Positions 8,396-13,641 of a stretch of DNA of 13,641 nucleotides are shown here, piece by piece. Below the pieces are notes generated by a model, which saw only the letters and a list, made by a program, of their open reading frames with translations, had not been told where the DNA came from and ran no database searches. The DNA comes from Candidatus Muiribacteriota bacterium. GTDB taxonomy: Bacteria > Muiribacteriota > Muiribacteriia > Muiribacteriales > Muiribacteriaceae. The position numbers and the translations under genes were made by a program. Every line of letters starts with the position of its first letter. The first letter of the stretch is position 1. The stretch is taken from contig JBNJGP010000073.1 in NCBI GenBank assembly GCA_051747805.1, forward strand, positions 1 through 13,641. Reading direction: 5' to 3'.

Positions 8396-9016
8396 TTATT
8401 TTTTCATAATTCTGCAATGCCATACAACCTCGCCTAATAACTTAAACGATTTGTTTTTTCTATAATCTTTCAAAATATAATTCTGATAAAGTGTATTATC
8501 AAAAATCAACTGCAAATCCTTTCCAAACTCCTGCACTCTGTTTATAAAAATATTATCGTTAATCATAAAAGCATAAATACCACATGTATGTATTTTATCT
8601 ATAAAATTAACAAGAACACTGTCCCCAATATTCAGCGTTGGAGACATGCTGTCATCTTTTATAAGAAAAATTCTTGCATTTATATTCAGTTCTTTTTTTA
8701 AATTTTTAACTAATCTGTGACTTATAAAATTATTGTTTAAACCAGTTAAATGTGAATTTTTTATATATTTATTATAATTTTTTTTAGTTTCAGAATCATC
8801 TTCTGAATATAAAAGCATATCTCCGCTTCCCATTAGAATCCAGTTAATATTTACGTTTAAATTTTTTAAAAGTTTTTTTAAAACTTCTGAAGAAGGCTTT
8901 ATTTTTCCATTTTCGTACTTGCTTATAGCGGTAACCGGGACATTTATTTTTTCAGCAAGCTTTTTCTGGGATATATTCAGTTTTTTCCGAAGCTTTTTAA
9001 ATCTGTCTTTAATCAT
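8396..9016 (-). CDS. XRE-family HTH plus S24-peptidase-like domain (phage CI/LexA-type repressor), probably non-self-cleaving
   Basis: N-terminal HTH (LRKKLNISQKKLAEKINVPVTAISKYENG...VNINWILMGSGDM). C-terminal S24 motifs DDSMSPTLNIGDSVLV, GIYAF, INRVQ, IFDN and LLGEVVW. Confidence 0.9.
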   Translation of the reverse strand: MIKDRFKKLRKKLNISQKKLAEKINVPVTAISKYENGKIKPSSEVLKKLLKNLNVNINWILMGSGDMLLYSEDDSETKKNYNKYIKNSHLTGLNNNFISHRLVKNLKKELNINARIFLIKDDSMSPTLNIGDSVLVNFIDKIHTCGIYAFMINDNIFINRVQEFGKDLQLIFDNTLYQNYILKDYRKNKSFKLLGEVVWHCRIMKK

Positions 9017-9037
9017 AGGCAGTCAGACGTCACAGGG

Positions 9038-9066
9038 ATTTTAATAAAAATTATCAACTTTATCAT
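9038..9066 (-). promoter_or_regulatory. Candidate leftward promoter for the CI-like gene
   Basis: On the minus strand, ATGATA (9066-9061), 17 nt, TAAAAT (9043-9038). Confidence 0.3.
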
Positions 9067-9073
9067 TTATTAT

Positions 9074-9103
9074 TTGACTTTAATAATAAAAATATGTTAC
9101 CGT
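9074..9103 (+). promoter_or_regulatory. Candidate rightward promoter for the HTH-kinase gene
   Basis: TTGACT (9074-9079), 18 nt, TACCGT (9098-9103) preceded by TG. The -35 lies inside the inverted repeat TTTATTATT-N7-AATAATAAA (9066-9090). Confidence 0.4.
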
Positions 9104-9187
9104 TATAACCGAAAATAACAATACTTTTATTTAAAAGTTAATGAAATTGGTTAGGAATCCTCCTTAAAAATTAGTTAACTTGTTAAC
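9096..9187. promoter_or_regulatory. Two candidate palindromic operators GTTA-N6-TAAC
   Basis: GTTAccgttaTAAC (9096-9109) and GTTAacttgtTAAC (9174-9187), both followed by C, between two divergent HTH genes. Confidence 0.4.
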
Positions 9188-9209
9188 CAGGATTTTAACT
9201 TATCATATT

Positions 9210-10376
9210 ATGAAAAAAAATACAACTGCTGATTTAAAAATTGAATTATATAAAAAGGGGCTTACTCAAAAGCAGATTGCCAGACAATGTGGTGTTTCAA
9301 AATCCTTTGTATCTATGTACATCAACGGTGCAAGAAAAAGCAAAAAAATAGATAATGTACTAAAAAAAAAATACAATATTAATAAAAATATCGGGTTCAA
9401 TAATAAATCCTACAGTAAATATTTAAATTATTTACCCTCTGCCTCTATGATAATAAAAAAAATCGGTAAATCTTTTAGTATTGATTATAAAAACGACAGG
9501 TGCAAATCTATATTTACCAAAAAACTGCAAACAAAAGTCATTAAGTATCTAAAACATTTTGAAAGCCAAAATAAAAGAAATTCTATGAGAGATATTTTTA
9601 AGTATAATGATAAATATTTAGATATTAATATAAGCCGGGTGTCAGATGATGAGTTTATTATCTGTTTAAGAGATAAAACAAATGACTATTTTGAAAAAGA
9701 AATGCTATATGACGAAATAGAGCAACTCAAGAGGTTCTGCTCTAATATATGTCATGATTTACGCTCTCCTCTGAATCTGATTAATGGATATTCTGAAATT
9801 ATATTAGATGAGCTTCCTGATAATTTAATCCAAATAAAGAATTATTTTAAAATTGTTAGAAAAAATATTATTAAAATGGATAAACTAATTAAAGGTCTTA
9901 CCCAATTATCAAAAATCAACAACTACTCTATAGAATATTCAGAAATCAACCTAAGTCAAATTGTATCTGAAATTTTAAATAATTATAAAATATCAAATCC
10001 AGCTACTGATTTTAACTTTAAAATCCAGAAAAATTTATACTGTCAGGCAGACGCATCCTTAGCGGAGATTTTTCTTGAAAATATTTTATCAAATGCCGTT
10101 AAGTACAGCTCAAAAAACAAAAAAATTGAAATTGAATTTGGACAAAAAAAATTCAATAATAAAAATTTATACTATATTAAGGATAATGGTGTTGGTTTTG
10201 ATAACTCTGATTCTGAAAATATAATTAAACCTTTTAAAAGACTGCAAACTGCCGATTTGTTTCCGGGTTCTGGTATTGGTCTTGCAACCTGCAGAAAAAT
10301 TACCGAGCTTCATAATGGTAATTTAATTTTTGAATCAACACCAGGTAAAGGTACAACAGTATTTTTTTCATTGTGA
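9210..10376 (+). CDS. Cro/Ner-like HTH domain fused to a soluble sensor histidine kinase (possible PAS-like linker, HisKA, HATPase_c)
   Basis: N-terminus LKIELYKKGLTQKQIARQCGVSKSFVSMYINGARKSKKI is an HTH. H-box CHDLRSPLNLING, N-box ENILSNAVKYS, G1 DNGVGF, F-box KPFKRL, G2 GSGIGLA. No TM segment. ATG 9210 preferred; TTG 9180 is possible. Confidence 0.9.
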   Translation: MKKNTTADLKIELYKKGLTQKQIARQCGVSKSFVSMYINGARKSKKIDNVLKKKYNINKNIGFNNKSYSKYLNYLPSASMIIKKIGKSFSIDYKNDRCKSIFTKKLQTKVIKYLKHFESQNKRNSMRDIFKYNDKYLDINISRVSDDEFIICLRDKTNDYFEKEMLYDEIEQLKRFCSNICHDLRSPLNLINGYSEIILDELPDNLIQIKNYFKIVRKNIIKMDKLIKGLTQLSKINNYSIEYSEINLSQIVSEILNNYKISNPATDFNFKIQKNLYCQADASLAEIFLENILSNAVKYSSKNKKIEIEFGQKKFNNKNLYYIKDNGVGFDNSDSENIIKPFKRLQTADLFPGSGIGLATCRKITELHNGNLIFESTPGKGTTVFFSL

Positions 10377-10399
10377 ATTAAATTCTCTCATGGTATAAT
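10371..10399 (+). promoter_or_regulatory. Sigma70-type promoter of the xanthine dehydrogenase-family operon
   Basis: TTGTGA (10371-10376), 17 nt, TATAAT (10394-10399) with extended TG. SD GGGAG precedes ATG 10434. Confidence 0.65.
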
Positions 10400-10433
10400 T
10401 AAATAATTATTCAAATATTTTTGGGAGTTTATT

Positions 10434-11282
10434 ATGAATCAAAATGAATTAAAGTGGGTTTATCCTGAAACGCTTCATGACGCTCTTAATTACGTTAAAA
10501 ACGGCTTTAGAATATGCGGAGGCGGTTTATCTTTTATTAAAAAAAACATATCTGATATAAAAGGTTTTGTTTTACTTCATAAATTAAATTTTAATAAAAT
10601 TGAAATTAAAGAAAATCATATTTTTATAGGAGCCTGTGCCACTGTTTCTGACCTTTTAAATTTAAACAGCAAAAATCCAGATACTGTTACAATTGAATAT
10701 TTAAAAAAATCTCTTCAAAGTGCCGCCTCAACTCCAATTAGAAATAGAATGACTTTTGGAGGTTCTTTAAAAGAATTCCCGTTATGGTCAGATTTAAACG
10801 GTCCTCTTTCTATTCTTGAGGCTGAATTAATTTATTATGACGGAGACATTAAATCTATTCCTGTTTATGAATATTTCAAAAATAAATTGTATTTAGAAAA
10901 TCATATTATAACGTGTATTAAATTTAATCTTTCAAAAAAGAGTTATTTTTTTAACTACAGACTCTCAAGAGTTAATTTCGATTATAATTCACTCACCCTT
11001 AATCTGTGTGGTAACCTGGACGAAGATAATCAACTGCGTGATTTTAATTTTATTATTACTGGAGTTAAATCAAAGATTCTAAAACCACTTGATTTAATAG
11101 AAGAAATCAATAATGAAAAAATCAATTTAAGTCTGGTTCAAAAAATTATTTCTAAACATGTTGATTTTGATTTTATTTCTGATTATAAATACTCAAAAAG
11201 TTATAAAAATAAAATTACTTCAATTTTTATTAAAGATTGTTTTGTTGAAATGTTAGGGGGCGAAAATGCGACAGAAATTTAA
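10434..11282 (+). CDS. Xanthine dehydrogenase family FAD-binding (medium) subunit, CoxM/XdhB/YgfM-like
   Basis: YPETLHDAL, ICGGG, IFIGACATVSDL, AASTPIRNRMTFGGSL, SDLNGPL and C-terminal SDYKYSKSYK. First gene of the operon. Confidence 0.87.
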   Translation: MNQNELKWVYPETLHDALNYVKNGFRICGGGLSFIKKNISDIKGFVLLHKLNFNKIEIKENHIFIGACATVSDLLNLNSKNPDTVTIEYLKKSLQSAASTPIRNRMTFGGSLKEFPLWSDLNGPLSILEAELIYYDGDIKSIPVYEYFKNKLYLENHIITCIKFNLSKKSYFFNYRLSRVNFDYNSLTLNLCGNLDEDNQLRDFNFIITGVKSKILKPLDLIEEINNEKINLSLVQKIISKHVDFDFISDYKYSKSYKNKITSIFIKDCFVEMLGGENATEI

Positions 11283-11742
11283 TATAAATGGTATGGATAA
11301 AGAACTGGAACTCTCTTTTGAGAGCACTTTGCTTGAGGCTCTCAGAGATAATGGTTTTACTGAAGTTAAAAATGGTTGTCAAGAAGGGCAATGTGGTGCA
11401 TGCCTTGTGCTTGTTGACGGTAAAGCTGTTAATTCCTGTCATGTGCTTGCTATGTCTGTTAAAAACAGTGAAATAAAAACTGTTAAAGGTATTGGAACCA
11501 TTCATAAACCTTCTGTTATTCAGGAAACTCTTGTTGAATGCGGCGCTGTTCAATGCGGATTCTGCACTCCTGGTTTTGTTATTTCAATTTATGCTCTTTT
11601 AAAAGAAAATCCATCGCCGGATAAAGATGAGATTTTAAGGGCTCTTGATGGAAACTTGTGTAGATGCACCGGTTATGTAAAAATTGTGGACGCAGTTAAT
11701 TTGATTGTTTTAAGAATTAAAGCAGGGGAGGCTAGTTTATGA
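11266..11742 (+). CDS. Xanthine dehydrogenase family 2x[2Fe-2S] (small) subunit, CoxS/XdhC-like
   Basis: GCQEGQCGAC...NSC, VQCGFCTPG and GNLCRCTGY. Overlaps the upstream gene by 17 bp. Confidence 0.95.
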   Translation: MRQKFNINGMDKELELSFESTLLEALRDNGFTEVKNGCQEGQCGACLVLVDGKAVNSCHVLAMSVKNSEIKTVKGIGTIHKPSVIQETLVECGAVQCGFCTPGFVISIYALLKENPSPDKDEILRALDGNLCRCTGYVKIVDAVNLIVLRIKAGEASL

Positions 11743-13641
11743 AAAAATTTAAAGAAGTAAATAAATCAGTGAAAAAAATAGACGGGCTAGCCCTTGCAAC
11801 TGGGGAAGAGTTATTTACAGATGATTTTACAGATAAAGATACTCTTATAATAAAACTTATGCCCTCGCCACACGCATACGCTGAAATAATAGATATAGAC
11901 GCCTCAAAAGCAATGGCTATGGAAGATGTTGTGGATGTTTTAAGCTTTCAGAATGTGGAAAGAATTATGTACACTACTGCTGGCCAGAGTTATCCCGAAC
12001 CAGCCCCATACGATTGTGCTGTTTTTGATAACTTCGTTCGTTTTACAGGTGATAAAGTATGTGCAGTTGTTGCAAAAAGCGAAAAAGTTGCTGTTGAGGC
12101 TTTAAAAAAAATAAAAGTAAAATATAACGTGCTTGAACCTGTTCTTGACTTTGAAAAATCCGAGGACAGCAAAAGCTCTATTGTCCATTCTGAAAAAGAC
12201 GCCAGACAGATTATACCTATTAAATTTCAGCCTGAAAAAAATATTGCAAGCGAGGTTGAGGCCAAAGTCGGTGATGTAAAAAAAGGTTTCAATGAATCAG
12301 AACATATTGATTCAGGAACTTTTTACACTCAATATGCCCATCACTGTCCAATCGAACCTTCATCCACTTATGGTTACTTTGATCCGCGCGGAAGGCTTGT
12401 AATAATTACTGCAACTCAAGTTCCTTTTCATACAAGAAGAATTATCGCCCATTCTACAGGAATTCCTCTGTCAAAAATACGGGTGATTAAACCACGTATT
12501 GGCGGTGGGTTTGGAAATAAACAGGAGGCCCTTCTTGAATCAATCGTTGCTGTTGCTGTATGGAAACATAAACAGAAGGCAAAACTTATACTTAAAAGGG
12601 ATGAGATGTTTGTTTTTTCAAGAACAAGACATCCTTTCCGAATAAAGTATAAAGTTGGTTATGATTCTAAAGGTGAAATTAAGGCTCTTCATTTTGATGC
12701 ACTTCAAAATACAGGGGCATACGGAACTCATGCTTTAACAGTAACGTCATGTGTGGGCTCAAAAATTCTGCCTCTATTAAATAAAATTCCAAATATTTTT
12801 TTCACAGGCAAGGCTGTTTATACTAATCTGCCTGCAGGCGGTGCCTATAGAGGGTACGGCGCTACTCAGGGATATTTTGCATACAGTCAGATGATTGATG
12901 ATATATGTGAAAAATTAAATATTAATCCAACAGAATATTATAAAAAATGGCATATGAAAAAAGGTGAAACCTCTCCGATATTTGCAGCATTAGGTGAGGG
13001 AAAACCTGGTCATATTTTTAAAATCGACTCATGTGCTCTTTCTGAATGTATTGACAAAGGTGCAGAGCTTATTAACTGGGATGAAAAACGAAAAAAATAT
13101 CACTGGAAAAAAAAGTTTAACTATAATAAAAGATATAAAAAAGGGATTGGCATGGGCTGTTTTATGCAGGGATCTTCGGTTCCATACATTGATATGGGAG
13201 CAGTTTATATGAAAATGAACGATGATGGCTCATTTAATTTAAATGTTGGCGCAACTGATTTAGGAACTGGCTCAGATACTGTTTTATCCCAGATTGCGGC
13301 CGAAATGCTTGAAATTAATACAGATGACATTTTAATTCTTTCTTCTGATACTGATTTAACCCCTTTTGATGTGGGAGCTTATGCTTCCTCAACTACTTAT
13401 TTATCCGGGCTTGCGGTAAAAGATTGTGCCGCAAAAATTAAAAATTTGATTATAAAACATGCCGCCTGCATGCTTGAAGAAAAAGAAGAAAATATTGAGC
13501 TTTTTGAAAAAAAAGCCTATATTAAGGGAAGCGATGTTTGTATTTCATACGCAGATATTTGCACCTCAGCCCTTCATCTTGATAATTTAGAGCAGATTCA
13601 GGCAGTATCCTCGAGAATGTCTACCGCCTCACCCCCACCAT
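11739..13641 (+). CDS. Xanthine dehydrogenase family molybdopterin-binding (large) subunit, XdhD/YgfN-like; 3'-truncated by the window end
   Basis: Not in the ORF track. ATGA overlap with the small subunit and SD GGGGAGG. Manual translation is open for 634 codons: MKKFKEVNKSVKKIDG, SPHAYAEI, TTAGQSYPEPAPYD, VRFTGDKV, TQVPFH, KPRIGGGFGNKQE, GAYRGYGATQG, DLGTGSDTVLSQIAAE, FDVGAYASSTTY. Confidence 0.95.
   Translation, partial: MKKFKEVNKSVKKIDGLALATGEELFTDDFTDKDTLIIKLMPSPHAYAEIIDIDASKAMAMEDVVDVLSFQNVERIMYTTAGQSYPEPAPYDCAVFDNFVRFTGDKVCAVVAKSEKVAVEALKKIKVKYNVLEPVLDFEKSEDSKSSIVHSEKDARQIIPIKFQPEKNIASEVEAKVGDVKKGFNESEHIDSGTFYTQYAHHCPIEPSSTYGYFDPRGRLVIITATQVPFHTRRIIAHSTGIPLSKIRVIKPRIGGGFGNKQEALLESIVAVAVWKHKQKAKLILKRDEMFVFSRTRHPFRIKYKVGYDSKGEIKALHFDALQNTGAYGTHALTVTSCVGSKILPLLNKIPNIFFTGKAVYTNLPAGGAYRGYGATQGYFAYSQMIDDICEKLNINPTEYYKKWHMKKGETSPIFAALGEGKPGHIFKIDSCALSECIDKGAELINWDEKRKKYHWKKKFNYNKRYKKGIGMGCFMQGSSVPYIDMGAVYMKMNDDGSFNLNVGATDLGTGSDTVLSQIAAEMLEINTDDILILSSDTDLTPFDVGAYASSTTYLSGLAVKDCAAKIKNLIIKHAACMLEEKEENIELFEKKAYIKGSDVCISYADICTSALHLDNLEQIQAVSSRMSTASPPP

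Noticed and set aside
9158..9165. Strong SD-like AAGGAGGA on the minus strand in the switch intergenic region
   Set aside because: No ATG, GTG or TTG follows at a usable spacing, and an in-frame TGA at 9025-9023 blocks an upstream extension of the repressor.
8396..10376. Intact prophage
   Set aside because: Only repressor-like modules are present. No integrase, transposase, replication, structural or lysis genes, and the flanks are host metabolic genes.
11230..13212. Short ORFs 11230-11553, 11288-11476, 11990-12172 and 12994-13212
   Set aside because: They overlap the dehydrogenase subunit genes, including the untracked large-subunit frame that starts at 11739.
11739..13641. Selenocysteine or stop-codon read-through in the Mo subunit, or an alternative genetic code
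   Set aside because: Manual translation shows no in-frame TGA in the visible part. Other genes end at TGA at family-typical lengths and Trp is encoded by TGG.

Overview
AT-rich bacterial chromosomal window, genetic code 11. From left to right: a non-coding array of short hairpins and a 127-bp MITE (14-bp terminal inverted repeats, 9-bp target duplication); a membrane hybrid histidine kinase; an AzgA-type NCS2 purine permease; a secreted protein of unknown function with a terminator; a convergent DUF123/GIY-YIG nuclease gene; an apparent operon of a DUF318/ArsP-type permease, a radical SAM enzyme and a membrane rhodanese; a divergent phage-switch-like gene pair; and a xanthine dehydrogenase-family operon (FAD, 2Fe-2S and Mo subunits). 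The Mo subunit starts at 11739, is missing from the ORF track and runs off the window end. The most unusual item is the switch-like pair. A CI-like repressor whose catalytic Lys appears to be replaced by Asn faces a Cro/Ner-like HTH fused in frame to a histidine kinase, with an A10 tract at the junction, and no other phage genes are nearby. All family calls come from motif recognition by eye; no database searches were run.
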